A stretch of DNA of 57,222 bases from Syntrophomonadaceae bacterium (GCA_012839645.1 DUMY01000198.1:1-57222); one strand, 5' to 3'; counted from the first letter of the stretch, positions 17,915 to 28,484 are shown. Made by a program: numbers and translations. Notes: a model not told the origin generated them from the letters alone.

Positions 17915-18802
17915 GTGCTTTATCACACAAGTATTATTGGTGGCCTGGCCGCAGGTGTGCTGGCCAGGTTATTTATGCTGCGCCTTGACTACAGGCAGTA
18001 CCCTACTTATCCTCATGATTTAATCACACATGTGGCACTGGGATCTATTGCTGCCTTAATTGGAGCGGTTTTCATTCCGGCCCTTCTGTTCAAACAATAT
18101 ACAGCCGTAACTTTTTTGGCTCTGGCTGCTGAACAATTTAGAAATGTGAGAAACATGGAAAGAGAGACCCTGACAAAACTGGAAGAAACCGAACTTGTAC
18201 CCCGTGGCATCGATTATATAGAGGGGATCGCCCGGACATTTGAAGCCAGGAATTATTTAACAATATTTACTGCAGTCCTGATAAGTGGTGTTATCTTTTG
18301 GTTGGATTGGCTTTCTGCTGTAGCTGCTACAATCATTATCATTACAGCATCCCAGTTTCTTAAAACCGGTAGAGTAGTTGGGGATATTGCAGAAGTAGTT
18401 GCAGCGCGTTTGCATTTTCAGGGACCTATCTTGATGGTTGAAGATATCTTTATTATGAATGTCGGGTTTCCTCCTGCAAGAGAAAAAATACTGGCAGAAG
18501 GGTTGGCAGTAATTATTAAACCGAAGGATGACAATGGCAGAGCTATCCTACATAATGTGGGGCAGCGCCAGGCGATTCTTCATACCGCTGCGGCTCTCCT
18601 GGGAACGAAACGAGATATTGGAGAACCGGATTTTATGCCTTTGGCCAGGAAAAATATAGATACCGGGGCTATTGGCCTGTTTGTTTTACCCCTGGAAAAA
18701 GATTTTGAATGCCTTCGTAATATTATCGAAAGAACCCCTGTATTGGAAAGCGCATCCAGGAAACCCCTGGATGCCCAGGCAGGACGGATTGCATCAGATT
18801 AG
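17915..18802 (+). CDS. YIEGIA-family membrane protein
   Basis: DYRQYPTYP, ELVPRGIDYIEGIARTFEARNY, PVLESA. Confidence 0.9.
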   Translation: MLYHTSIIGGLAAGVLARLFMLRLDYRQYPTYPHDLITHVALGSIAALIGAVFIPALLFKQYTAVTFLALAAEQFRNVRNMERETLTKLEETELVPRGIDYIEGIARTFEARNYLTIFTAVLISGVIFWLDWLSAVAATIIIITASQFLKTGRVVGDIAEVVAARLHFQGPILMVEDIFIMNVGFPPAREKILAEGLAVIIKPKDDNGRAILHNVGQRQAILHTAAALLGTKRDIGEPDFMPLARKNIDTGAIGLFVLPLEKDFECLRNIIERTPVLESASRKPLDAQAGRIASD

Positions 18803-19003
18803 GTGATGGTTGTGAAAACAGAACTCACAAAAGTTGTTTTAGCTGTAATAGTCCAAGAACCCCAACTGGTTTCCGGGGGTGCGCCTGTTTTTAATGCCTC
18901 CTCCCAGGAGGAACAGGAAAGAATTGCCCTCTATCTGAGCAGGATTTTGAATGGCATGGTTCATGACCTGGGAAATGGGGTATTTATAATTGTCAACCAC
19001 TAG
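18803..19003 (+). CDS. Small YIEGIA-associated protein
   Basis: GGAPVF...L..ILNGMVHDLGNG..IIV.H directly after the YIEGIA gene. Confidence 0.8.
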   Translation: MMVVKTELTKVVLAVIVQEPQLVSGGAPVFNASSQEEQERIALYLSRILNGMVHDLGNGVFIIVNH

Positions 19004-19012
19004 GAATTGTTT

Positions 19013-19960
19013 ATGGCCAAAATAATTTATCACTGTTATGGTGGCTCACACTCTTCAGTAACTGCGGCAGGGATACACTTGGGGATGTTGTCCAGGAAGA
19101 GAACTGCCAAGACCGCTGAACTCCTGGGAGTTCCTCATTATGACCAGTATCAATCGGTGACACACGGGCGTTTCCGCTTTATTGGGCGTGATATTTTGGG
19201 GAATGAAGTCTTTGTTTTGGGAAAACGTACAGCTGGTCCTGATACAACTATTTTTTTGCATAAAATTGCTGAATTATTCAACTGCGGAAAAGAGATACGC
19301 CCTGTTGACACGACATTTCCTATTAATCCGTTGATGGTTATCGGAGGGTTTCTCTCTAGAGGCCTCAACCTGGTTTCTCTAGGAAGACCCATTGTGCTTT
19401 ATGGGACACAGATAGCCTATCCCTTCCTGGTAAAGATTGCAGAGGATGTTTTACAAGCAGTTAAAAAGGAACCCGCACTGCATAGATGCTTACCATCGTT
19501 TGCGGAATACCGTGTGTTGTTTTATATATGTCCGGAAAACGATCTTTTATCACTGCTGCTGGCAGGACTTCACCTTAACCCGGAAATAAAGGATCAGGAT
19601 TTGGTTAAATGGGTGACGGAACTGGATTTTTCCGGTAAAATTGGGGCAATACAGCGTTTAGGAATAACTGATAACTATGAGCTTTATCTGGTTGGTGCAG
19701 GCAGAGAACCGGAGATTATGGCACGGATACTAAGAGAAACACGAATCCTGATGGAGATTCCCCAGGTTTGTTTATGCATTGTTCAGTCACAACAGCCATC
19801 CTCTTTGTTATTAAAATGTGTCCGCAAAATACAAAATTATTTTTTATCTAAAACAGGAGCTTACCGGCTAATAAAAATAGGATTACATAATATTATAAAA
19901 AAAAGCCGCCAGGAAGTATATACTATTAAAACTTCTCTACGGGAAGGAATTCTTGACTAA
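19013..19960 (+). CDS. DUF3189-family protein with a second degenerate domain
   Basis: KIIYHCYGGSHSSVTAAGIHLG, G.D..GNEVF, IGGFLSR.L.LV.LGRP. Confidence 0.8.
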   Translation: MAKIIYHCYGGSHSSVTAAGIHLGMLSRKRTAKTAELLGVPHYDQYQSVTHGRFRFIGRDILGNEVFVLGKRTAGPDTTIFLHKIAELFNCGKEIRPVDTTFPINPLMVIGGFLSRGLNLVSLGRPIVLYGTQIAYPFLVKIAEDVLQAVKKEPALHRCLPSFAEYRVLFYICPENDLLSLLLAGLHLNPEIKDQDLVKWVTELDFSGKIGAIQRLGITDNYELYLVGAGREPEIMARILRETRILMEIPQVCLCIVQSQQPSSLLLKCVRKIQNYFLSKTGAYRLIKIGLHNIIKKSRQEVYTIKTSLREGILD

Positions 19961-20006
19961 ATTGCTCTGCTAAATGATAATGGTTAAAAAAGATGGAGCT
20001 AAAAAC

Positions 20007-21341
20007 GTGAAAAGTTGTAAAAAATCAGGTATTTTCATGGAAAACATTGTCCCGGGATCACCTGCCGCTCAATGTGGTATATGTAGAGGCGATCGGCTGC
20101 TTTCTATCAATGGGATTAGGCCCCGGGATATTATTGATTATCGTTTCCTGTGTGCTAGAGAAAATGTAAATTTGAAAGTCCGCCAGCTGAATGGGCAGGT
20201 TGTCACCTATGATATCAGTAAGGGCTATGATACTGACCTGGGTATAGTATTTTCAACAGATTGTTTTGATGGTGTGAAAAACTGCCGCAATAAATGTGTC
20301 TTTTGCTTTGTAGATCAACTGCCTTGCCACCTGCGTTCCACTCTTTATGAAAAAGATGATGACTACAGGCTGTCATTCTTGCATGGCAATTACATCACTT
20401 TGACGAACCTCCAAGAGAATGAGATGGCCCGCATTATAAACTTAAAGTTGAGCCCACTCTATATCTCCGTGCATACCACAGATCCAGAAATGCGGGGGAG
20501 GATGTTGGGGCTGAAAAGACCTGCACCGGTTCTGGCTCAGATCTCTCAGTTTGCTAAAGAAGGTATTACGATGCACATTCAGATTGTGCTCTGCCCGGAT
20601 TGGAATGATGGGGATTTTTTAGAGCGAACCATCAGCGATCTGGCCAGTTTTTGGCCACAGGTGGCATCTGTAGGGATCGTGCCCGTCGGGCTGACCAAAT
20701 TCCGGCAGCATCTTCCCTATTTGCGCTCTATAACACCGCAGGAAAGCAAAAAGCTGATCTACAAGTTAAGTAATTATCAGAAATTGTTTCGCAGGAGAAA
20801 TGGGGTTTCGTTCATTTATCTGGCTGATGAGTTTTATTTAAAAGCTGGATTTCCCTTTCCTCCCTATGAAGAATATGACGGTTTCCCACAGTTGGAGAAT
20901 GGGATCGGGCAAGCGCGGCTTTTCTATGAGGAGTTTCGAAAATTAAGGCCTCTTTTGCCGAGAAAAGTGCACAGGTGGCAGCGTTTGTTCCTTGCCACCT
21001 CCAAGGACGGGGGGCGCGTCCTTTTTCCCGTAGTTAAGCGGCTGCGGATGATTAAAAATCTGGATGTGAAGATAATTAGTATTCCCAGCACCTTTTTTGG
21101 CCCCTGGATAACTGTAACCGGTCTTTTAACCGGACAAGATCTTCTATGGGGGTTGAGAGATGTCCAGGGGGAAGATGTTCTGGTACCCCGTGTTTTTTTA
21201 CGCCTCGGTACATCTCTTTTTCTTGATGGGTTAAGCATTGCTGAGGTTGAACGCAAGAGCGGGTGCGTATTTCATCTGCTTGATCCTACTGCTGCTGCAC
21301 TGGTTGAGCATATCTGCATGTTAGGGGGAATCCGGTTATGA
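20007..21341 (+). CDS. PDZ + radical-SAM-like DUF512 protein
   Basis: PGSPA PDZ start, CRNKCVFCFVDQ, KDDDYRLSFL.GNYITLTN, QLENGIG; GTG20007 after SD GGAG. Confidence 0.85.
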   Translation: MKSCKKSGIFMENIVPGSPAAQCGICRGDRLLSINGIRPRDIIDYRFLCARENVNLKVRQLNGQVVTYDISKGYDTDLGIVFSTDCFDGVKNCRNKCVFCFVDQLPCHLRSTLYEKDDDYRLSFLHGNYITLTNLQENEMARIINLKLSPLYISVHTTDPEMRGRMLGLKRPAPVLAQISQFAKEGITMHIQIVLCPDWNDGDFLERTISDLASFWPQVASVGIVPVGLTKFRQHLPYLRSITPQESKKLIYKLSNYQKLFRRRNGVSFIYLADEFYLKAGFPFPPYEEYDGFPQLENGIGQARLFYEEFRKLRPLLPRKVHRWQRLFLATSKDGGRVLFPVVKRLRMIKNLDVKIISIPSTFFGPWITVTGLLTGQDLLWGLRDVQGEDVLVPRVFLRLGTSLFLDGLSIAEVERKSGCVFHLLDPTAAALVEHICMLGGIRL

Positions 21342-22660
21342 GAAAACCTGTTGTTGCTTTGGTGGGAAGGCCAAATGTTGGGAAGTCTACCCTGTTCAAT
21401 CGCCTGTCAGGTGGAAGGTCCGCTATTGTTGCGGATAAGCCAGGTGTCACCCGGGACAGACTCTACAGGGATGTGGATTGGGATAATCATCCCTTTACCC
21501 TGATCGATACAGGAGGGCTTTTTCTGAATGACGCTGATTTCCGCGACCATATAGAAGAGCAGGTGACAACTGCTATCCAAGAGGCTGATGTTATAGTTTT
21601 GGTTGTGGATGCGCAAGTGGGCCCTACCACGAAGGACCTTCAGGTGGCCCAGGTTTTGTTGAAGAGTAATAAAAACACAGTTATAGCTGCTAATAAGGTT
21701 GATGATTTTAATAAACAGGAGGATACTTACGAATTTTATAAGCTAGGGCTGGGTGATCCTGTTCCTATTTCTAGCCTGCACGGCTTGAATATAGATGAGC
21801 TTCTGGATAGAATTGTTGTTCTGCTTCCCCAGACCTCATTTAGGGAGGATGAAGAAGGTGTACGGGTTGCCGTTGTAGGAAGGCCGAATGTAGGTAAGTC
21901 ATCTTTGATTAATGCCCTGCTCAGTGAAAAAAGGGTAATTGTCAGTAATGTCCCGGGAACAACCCGGGATGCCATTGATACCAAGTTTCAGGTAGATGAT
22001 AGCTCTTATATTCTAATAGATACCGCCGGGATCAGGAGACGCAGTCGGGTATCCAGAGGCATAGAGTATTATGGAGTGCGCCGTGCCCTAAGTGCTATCG
22101 ATCGGGCAGATGTGGTGCTTTTGGTGCTTGATGCCACAGAAGGTGTTGTAGAACAGGATAAGAAAATTGCAGGATATATTGAAGAAATCGGGAAAGCAGT
22201 TATAATAATAATTAACAAATGGGACTTAACAGCCGATCTTAAGAACAGGCGGCGAATATTTGAGGATCTGACCCGGACCAAATTGAGTTTTATCTCTTAT
22301 GCTCCTGTACATTTTGTTTCTGCCCTGACTGGGGAAGGGTTGAAGGGGATACTGTCCCAAGTGGATTTTGTACACTTTGAGCAGAACAAAAAGATCAGCA
22401 CAGGAAATCTGAATTCCTGGTTGAGTGAGGTTGTCTTCTTGAATCCTCCTTCGGCTGTGGAAAAAGGTGGTCTTAAGTTCTACTATGTTACCCAGGTTGC
22501 CACAAAACCACCGGTCTTCGTCTTCTTTGTAAATAACCCGAAGCTGGTTCATTTTTCTTATAAACGCTACCTGGAGAGGCAGCTTAGAGAGGCATACGGT
22601 TATGAGGGGACACCTGTCAGGCTTGTCTTCCGGGGTAGAAAGCGATCCCCGGAAAAATGA
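21338..22660 (+). CDS. der: Ribosome biogenesis GTPase Der (EngA)
   Basis: Two GRPNVGKS G-domains, DTGG/DTAG, NKVD/NKWD, C-terminal KH-like domain. Confidence 0.97.
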   Translation: MRKPVVALVGRPNVGKSTLFNRLSGGRSAIVADKPGVTRDRLYRDVDWDNHPFTLIDTGGLFLNDADFRDHIEEQVTTAIQEADVIVLVVDAQVGPTTKDLQVAQVLLKSNKNTVIAANKVDDFNKQEDTYEFYKLGLGDPVPISSLHGLNIDELLDRIVVLLPQTSFREDEEGVRVAVVGRPNVGKSSLINALLSEKRVIVSNVPGTTRDAIDTKFQVDDSSYILIDTAGIRRRSRVSRGIEYYGVRRALSAIDRADVVLLVLDATEGVVEQDKKIAGYIEEIGKAVIIIINKWDLTADLKNRRRIFEDLTRTKLSFISYAPVHFVSALTGEGLKGILSQVDFVHFEQNKKISTGNLNSWLSEVVFLNPPSAVEKGGLKFYYVTQVATKPPVFVFFVNNPKLVHFSYKRYLERQLREAYGYEGTPVRLVFRGRKRSPEK

Positions 22661-22677
22661 ATAGGGGGGGGGAAGAT

Positions 22678-23259
22678 ATGTATTTTATTCTGATGGTGTT
22701 TATCTGTTATTTAATCGGCTCCATTCCCTGCGGCTATATGATTGGCAGGAGGAATAGGGTTGATTTGCGCCGCCACGGCAGTGGAAATATCGGGGCTACT
22801 AACGCTTTTCGCATCTTGGGTCCCGAAGTGGGCCTGCTTGTCCTTTTATGTGATGTTGCCAAGGGTTTTATACCTGTACTGATAGTCAATAATATTTTCG
22901 GACCTTCTTGGGGTGTAGGAGCAGGTCTTGCGGCGATTGTCGGCCACAACTGGTCGGTTTTTCTTGGTTTTCGCGGGGGGCGAGGGGTTGCTACCGGGGC
23001 CGGGGTACTCATTGCCTTGATGCCGGGGGTTGTACTTATTGCTTTTGTGGTTTGGGTTCTTGTTGTTCTTGTATCTGGATATGTTTCCCTGGGATCAATT
23101 ATTGGTGCAGTTGCTGTTCCCATCATAGCATTGATATTACGTGTGCCCTGGGTTTATTTTATTTTTGCTGTACCCGCTCCTATTCTTGTTATAGTCAGAC
23201 ACCTGCCGAATATCAGGCGGCTGCAGGATGGTACTGAATCCCGTATTCGCTTTTGGTAG
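22678..23259 (+). CDS. plsY: Glycerol-3-phosphate acyltransferase PlsY
   Basis: YLIGSIP, GSGNIGATNAFR, GHNWS.F..F.GG.GVAT, RH..NI.RL..G.E. Confidence 0.95.
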   Translation: MYFILMVFICYLIGSIPCGYMIGRRNRVDLRRHGSGNIGATNAFRILGPEVGLLVLLCDVAKGFIPVLIVNNIFGPSWGVGAGLAAIVGHNWSVFLGFRGGRGVATGAGVLIALMPGVVLIAFVVWVLVVLVSGYVSLGSIIGAVAVPIIALILRVPWVYFIFAVPAPILVIVRHLPNIRRLQDGTESRIRFW

Positions 23260-23331
23260 AAAATAGATGAAAAACAGAGGTCGGAAGCCGGAGGTCAACT
23301 TGGTAGTTGGTAGTTGGTTGTTTGTTGTTGG
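23259..23331 (+). repeat. Heptamer-periodic intergenic repeat element, copy 1
   Basis: AGAGGTC GGAAGCC GGAGGTC AACTTGG TAGTTGG TAGTTGG TTGTTTG TTGTTGG in register (23276-23331). Confidence 0.7.
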
Positions 23332-23340
23332 AAAAAGAAG

Positions 23341-23357
23341 CAGGTGAGTGTCACCTG
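23341..23357. repeat. GGTGA(C)/GTCACC palindrome
   Basis: CAGGTGAGTGTCACCTG; related copies at 47642 and 51323. Confidence 0.55.
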
Positions 23358-23369
23358 GGAACATATTGC

Positions 23370-23396
23370 AGCGGCTTAACAAAGGCCGCTCTTTTC
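23370..23396 (+). terminator. Rho-independent terminator
   Basis: AGCGGC...GCCGCT stem then CTTTT. Confidence 0.6.
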
Positions 23397-23418
23397 GTTA
23401 TTAAAAACCCCCTTCCTT

Positions 23419-23448
23419 GTAATACCAATTATTGACTGGCATATAAAT
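23419..23448 (+). promoter_or_regulatory. Sigma-E-like promoter of spoIVA
   Basis: GTAATA-15 nt-CATATAAAT; spoIVA is sigma-E dependent in model sporeformers. Confidence 0.5.
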
Positions 23449-23552
23449 AGTTATGATGGTAATTTTCCGGAATAAGTAGTCCTGGTATTGATTAAATTTT
23501 GTGCATGAATAAGGATTGTCTTGCATAAAAAAGAATAGGGAGGGGGTTGCCC

Positions 23553-25034
23553 ATGGAAAATCTCAGTATCTTCCGGGATATTGCTGAGCGAACAGGTGGG
23601 GACATTTACCTGGGTGTGGTTGGACCTGTGCGGACCGGCAAATCAACATTTATCAAGCGTTTGATGGAGCTGTTAGTTCTGCCTAATATCGAGGATCCCA
23701 GTGACAAAGAGCGGGCAGTGGATGAACTGCCGCAGAGTGGAGCCGGCAGGATGATTATGACTGTGGAACCGAAATTTATACCTCAGGAAGCCGTCCAAAT
23801 TGTGATCCGGGATGGACTCAAGATGAAGGTAAGAATGGTCGACTGTGTTGGCTATACTGTTGATGGCGCTCTTGGTTATGAGGAGGAAGAGGGCGGGCCA
23901 CGCATGGTGATGACACCCTGGTTTGAAGAGGCTGTCCCCTTTCAAGAGGCAGCAGAAATCGGAACACGAAAAGTAATTGCTGATCACTCCACAATTGGGA
24001 TTGTGCTTACGACCGATGGTTCTATTACGGATATACCCCGGGATAATTATTTGGATGCCGAAGAGCGTGTAATCGAAGAACTAAATGAGCTAGGCAAGCC
24101 ATTTATTATCATACTTAATACTCTTTATCCTGAAGCCTATGAATCCATCGAATTGGTACAGAACCTGGAGGAAAAGTATGATGTGCCAGTCCTGGCTATC
24201 AACTGTGCCGAAATGTCTTATGATGATATTTTGAATATCCTCCAGGAGGCCCTTTATGAATTTCCGGTCCAGGAGGTCAATATCAATTTACCACTCTGGG
24301 TGGAAGAACTGGGTAGTACTCATTGGCTGCGCTCAGAATTGGAAGAGGTTATCAAAGAAGCTGTAGCCAGTGTGAATAGGCTGCGAGATATTGATCAAGC
24401 TGTAGAGAAAATCAGGGAAAGTGAGTTCGTGGCAGTAGCACTGCTGCAGGAGATGAACCTGGGAACAGGTGTTGCTGATATAGAAGTCCGATCCCATGAG
24501 GACCTGTTTTTCAGGGTGCTTGAGGAGGAAAGTGGGCTTTCGGTAAGTGGGGAGCATGATATCCTACGACTGCTGCGGGATCTGAGCAGAGCCCAATCAG
24601 AATTGGAAAAGATGGCACCGGCGTTAGAAGAGATGCAAGAATTGGGGTATGGGGTAGTAGCTCCGAGTTTAGATGAGATGATTCTTGAAGAACCTGAACT
24701 GATCAGGCAGGGGAATCGTTTTGGTGTAAGGTTAAAGGCGAGCGCTCCCTCTCTCCATATTATCAGAGCAGATATTACAACAGAAATAACCCCGATTATT
24801 GGTACGGAAAAACAGTGTGAGGAACTAGTCCGCTATATGCTGGAGGAATTTGAAGATGATCCCATCAAAATATGGCAGAAGGATATATTTGGCAAATCGC
24901 TCCACGATTTAGTAAGGGAGGGCATCCAAAACAAACTGCACCGCATGCCGGATAATGCCCAGGAGAAATTGCAGGAGACGGTGCAGCGTATTGTCAATGA
25001 GGGGAGCGGTGGCCTGATCTGTATCATCATCTAG
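23553..25034 (+). CDS. spoIVA: Stage IV sporulation protein A
   Basis: IFRDIAERTGGDIYLGVVGPVRTGKSTFIKR, DELPQS, C-terminal NEGSGGLICIII. Confidence 0.98.
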   Translation: MENLSIFRDIAERTGGDIYLGVVGPVRTGKSTFIKRLMELLVLPNIEDPSDKERAVDELPQSGAGRMIMTVEPKFIPQEAVQIVIRDGLKMKVRMVDCVGYTVDGALGYEEEEGGPRMVMTPWFEEAVPFQEAAEIGTRKVIADHSTIGIVLTTDGSITDIPRDNYLDAEERVIEELNELGKPFIIILNTLYPEAYESIELVQNLEEKYDVPVLAINCAEMSYDDILNILQEALYEFPVQEVNINLPLWVEELGSTHWLRSELEEVIKEAVASVNRLRDIDQAVEKIRESEFVAVALLQEMNLGTGVADIEVRSHEDLFFRVLEEESGLSVSGEHDILRLLRDLSRAQSELEKMAPALEEMQELGYGVVAPSLDEMILEEPELIRQGNRFGVRLKASAPSLHIIRADITTEITPIIGTEKQCEELVRYMLEEFEDDPIKIWQKDIFGKSLHDLVREGIQNKLHRMPDNAQEKLQETVQRIVNEGSGGLICIII

Positions 25035-25041
25035 GTTTTTC

Positions 25042-25072
25042 AAAAACGGTCTAAATAATGACCGTTTTTTTA
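25042..25072 (+). terminator. Rho-independent terminator
   Basis: AAAAACGGTC/GACCGTTTTT stem plus T-tract. Confidence 0.85.
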
Positions 25073-25166
25073 TTTTTCTGTAGAAAAGCAGGACTTGACA
25101 TTTGCAGGAGCGAACGTTTTCGGTATATTATTTCTATAGTTGCATTATGAATACAGGAGGATGTCC

Positions 25167-26480
25167 ATGAAAGATTCTTCTATCGGTATCGGGCTCCTAG
25201 GCTTAGGTACTGTTGGAACAGGAGTGTACAAGCTGCTCCAGGAAAACGCCTCTCAGATTTTTCAGCGAATCGGAAAAAGGCTGGAGATTAAGAGGATATT
25301 GGAGCTGGATCAAAAAAAGGCCTTGGCTTTGGAGATTCAACCAGAGGTTCTGACAAAGAATATTGATGAGATATTAAATGACCCTGACATCCAGATTGTA
25401 ATCGAACTCTTAGGAGGAATTGAACCGGCTCGTACATATATCCGGGAAGCGTTATATCAGGGGAAACATGTTGTTACTGCGAACAAAGATGTTGTTGCGG
25501 CTTACGGCAAGGAGTTGTTTGAAGCCGCGACTGCCGGAAAAGCTGATTTTTACTTTGAGGCAAGTGTCGGCGGGGGGATTCCGGTAATTCACACTTTGAA
25601 AGAAAATTTGGCAGCAAATAAAATTGAAGAAGTGATCGGGATTGTTAATGGAACCACAAATTATATTTTGTCTCGGATGAGCGAGGAGAATGTGGATTTT
25701 TCTACAGTTCTACAGGCTGCTCAGGAGGCAGGATATGCAGAAGCCGATCCTGCAGCTGATATCGAAGGAGATGATGCTGCACGCAAGATTGCTATTTTAG
25801 CCTCAATTGCTTTCAATACCCGGGTGACCCCGGCAAATGTTTTTGTGCAGGGGATCACCAGGATCACTCCTAAAGATATTAACTATGCCCAAGAACTGGG
25901 GTATGTGATCAAGCTGCTGGCCATTGCCAGGGACCATAACGGGAAGATCGAGGTACGGGTTCATCCTGCCTTTCTTCCTCAGCATCATCCGTTAGCAGCT
26001 GTGCATGGTGTGTTCAATGCCATCTATATCTGTGGAAATGCCGTAGGTGAGACTATGTTTTACGGTAAGGGAGCGGGACAAATGCCCACTGCCAGTGCTG
26101 TTGTAGGCGATCTCATGGAGATCGTTCGCAACCTGGAAAGCGGCAGTACCGGCCGGTTCCCCTGCGGCTGTTATTTAGACAAGCCAATACTTCCGATTGG
26201 TAAGGTTCACACTAAGTATTATCTTCGTCTTATTGTTAAAGATAAGCCCGGGGTTATGGCGGGCATTGCCGGGGTGTTGGGCGATCATCAGGTGAGTATT
26301 GCTTCGGTGATACAAAAAAGAACTCTTATTGCAAACAATGAAAAAAGGGCTGAGATAGTGCTTATTACACATCAGGTTTTGGAACAGGATATGCAGGATG
26401 CCCTTGCTGTTATTAAGGGGCTTCCCATTGTAGGTTCTGTTGAAAATGTTATTCGTGTTGAGGGGGAACCAAGAACATGA
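25167..26480 (+). CDS. hom: Homoserine dehydrogenase with ACT domain
   Basis: [39 protein letters not shown]; SD AGGAGG. Confidence 0.95.
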   Translation: MKDSSIGIGLLGLGTVGTGVYKLLQENASQIFQRIGKRLEIKRILELDQKKALALEIQPEVLTKNIDEILNDPDIQIVIELLGGIEPARTYIREALYQGKHVVTANKDVVAAYGKELFEAATAGKADFYFEASVGGGIPVIHTLKENLAANKIEEVIGIVNGTTNYILSRMSEENVDFSTVLQAAQEAGYAEADPAADIEGDDAARKIAILASIAFNTRVTPANVFVQGITRITPKDINYAQELGYVIKLLAIARDHNGKIEVRVHPAFLPQHHPLAAVHGVFNAIYICGNAVGETMFYGKGAGQMPTASAVVGDLMEIVRNLESGSTGRFPCGCYLDKPILPIGKVHTKYYLRLIVKDKPGVMAGIAGVLGDHQVSIASVIQKRTLIANNEKRAEIVLITHQVLEQDMQDALAVIKGLPIVGSVENVIRVEGEPRT

Positions 26481-27541
26481 ATTGGCAAGGGATAATTTAC
26501 AATTATCGATCTTTTTTACCAGTAACAGATCAAACACCGGTTATAAGTCTTCATGAGGGGAATACAATTTTACTTCCTGCCCCACGCCTCTCAGAAAGGC
26601 TTAAAATCCGTCTTTATTTGAAATTTGAAGGTCAGAACCCCACAGGGTCCTTTAAGGATCGCGGCATGACCGTTGCAGTAAGTAAAGCTGTAGAAAGCGG
26701 GAGCAGAGCTGTGATGTGTGCATCAACTGGAAATACCTCTGCTTCAGCAGCAGCCTATGCCGCCCGGGCTGGGATCAAGTGTGTTGTTCTGGTACCTGAT
26801 GGCTATATCGCTTTGGGAAAGTTAGCACAGGCGTTGATTTATGGGGCGGAGGTTATAGCGATCAAGGGCAATTTCGATGCTGCTCTACAACTTGTGCGGA
26901 AGATTACCCAGGAACATCCAATCACCTTGGTTAATTCCCTCAATCCTCATAGGATTGAAGGGCAGAAAACGGGTGCTTTTGAAGTCTGTGACCAGTTGGG
27001 CTTTGTGCCGGATTATTTGGCTCTTCCTGTAGGTAATGCGGGTAATATTACAGCTTATTGGAAGGGCTTTAAAGAGTATAGGGACGCGGGATGTATTTCC
27101 TCAACACCTGCTATGATCGGTTTCCAGGCCGCAGGTGCTGCTCCTATTGTCAGAGGTGAGGTGGTTCCGGAGCCTCAGACCGTGGCCACAGCTATTAGGA
27201 TCGGTAATCCTGCCAGTTGGATAAAAGCCAAGACAGCTGTTGAGGAATCACAGGGACGCATCGACCAGGTCACAGATGAGGATATTCTTGCTGCTTATCA
27301 GTTGGTTGCACGAATTGAGGGGCTTTTTGTGGAACCGGCATCTGCTGCTGCTCTGGCTGGGGTAATCAAGCTAGTCCAGGAAGGCTTTTTTAAACAAGAT
27401 GCTCGGGTTGTCTCTATTATGACGGGGCATGGTTTAAAGGATCCGGATACAACTATCAAAACCTGTCATTTAAAGCCCAAGGTAATTCCAGCACAAGAAG
27501 ATGCAGTTTTAGAAATCCTAAAAAGCTATGATATTCTCTAA
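26477..27541 (+). CDS. thrC: Threonine synthase
   Basis: [42 protein letters not shown]. Confidence 0.96.
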   Translation: MNWQGIIYNYRSFLPVTDQTPVISLHEGNTILLPAPRLSERLKIRLYLKFEGQNPTGSFKDRGMTVAVSKAVESGSRAVMCASTGNTSASAAAYAARAGIKCVVLVPDGYIALGKLAQALIYGAEVIAIKGNFDAALQLVRKITQEHPITLVNSLNPHRIEGQKTGAFEVCDQLGFVPDYLALPVGNAGNITAYWKGFKEYRDAGCISSTPAMIGFQAAGAAPIVRGEVVPEPQTVATAIRIGNPASWIKAKTAVEESQGRIDQVTDEDILAAYQLVARIEGLFVEPASAAALAGVIKLVQEGFFKQDARVVSIMTGHGLKDPDTTIKTCHLKPKVIPAQEDAVLEILKSYDIL

Positions 27542-27569
27542 AAAAACTATAAAAATAGGTGGCTATGAA

Positions 27570-28484
27570 ATGGGGAAACAGGTTATTGTTAAAGTACCTG
27601 CTACTACTGCTAATTTGGGGCCAGGGTTTGATGTGCTTGGTATGGCACTGAACCTATACAATACTGTGGTCCTGGAAGAGATGGATGGTGACTGTCAGTT
27701 AATAGAAGTAAAAGGGGAGGGGGAGGCTTTACTTCCCCGGGACAACAGCAATCTTGCTGCTCGTGCTGCCTCCTCCCTTTTGTTCAGCGCGGGTTACAGT
27801 AATCATGGATATAAACTCTATCTGGAAAACCAGATACCTCTCATGAGTGGACTAGGAAGCAGTGCCGCAGCCATTATCGGCGGTCTGGTGGCAGCTAATA
27901 TATTGGCGGGAAGCCCATTTTCTGACCAGGATATTTTAAAAATGGCTATAGAGATCGAGGGGCATCCAGATAATGTGGCTGCTGCTCTCTTGGGTGGAGT
28001 AGTAATTGTCACCAATGGTGAAGAATCTTATATGTATACACGTTTGATCCCCAAAGAGGGACTGCGGATTACTGCGGTTGTTCCTGATTTTAATGTATCT
28101 ACAGCTGATGCACGAAGTGTTTTACCCAAACAGGTCCCTTTGCAAGATGCTGTTTATAATTTAGGTAGGATTGCCTTGCTGGTGACGGCTTTACGTGAGG
28201 GGGATTGGGAACTGCTCCGGGTAGCACTGCATGACCGCTTACACCAGCCATACAGGTGCCAGCTAGTGCCGGGGTTGATTGACGCCTTTGAGGCCGCTCT
28301 GGAAAGTGGTGCTTATGGAGCCTTTTTAAGTGGAGCAGGACCTACTGTGATTGCTTTGACTCCTCCTGATTGTGAAGCCGGGGGAATAATTGCTGATGCA
28401 TTCCGATCTAGAAATATTGCAGCACGGGTTCTGCATTTGGAACCATGTTTAACGGGAACCTATATATCAGATGCACAATATTAA
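27570..28484 (+). CDS. thrB: Homoserine kinase
   Basis: VPATTANLGPGFD, GLGSSAAA, EGHPDN, HQPYR, LSGAGPT. Confidence 0.95.
   Translation: MGKQVIVKVPATTANLGPGFDVLGMALNLYNTVVLEEMDGDCQLIEVKGEGEALLPRDNSNLAARAASSLLFSAGYSNHGYKLYLENQIPLMSGLGSSAAAIIGGLVAANILAGSPFSDQDILKMAIEIEGHPDNVAAALLGGVVIVTNGEESYMYTRLIPKEGLRITAVVPDFNVSTADARSVLPKQVPLQDAVYNLGRIALLVTALREGDWELLRVALHDRLHQPYRCQLVPGLIDAFEAALESGAYGAFLSGAGPTVIALTPPDCEAGGIIADAFRSRNIAARVLHLEPCLTGTYISDAQY

Noticed and set aside
23276-23331. CRISPR array at the short repeats (also 7361 and 13255)
   Set aside because: Units are 7-12 nt without unique spacers, and there are no cas genes
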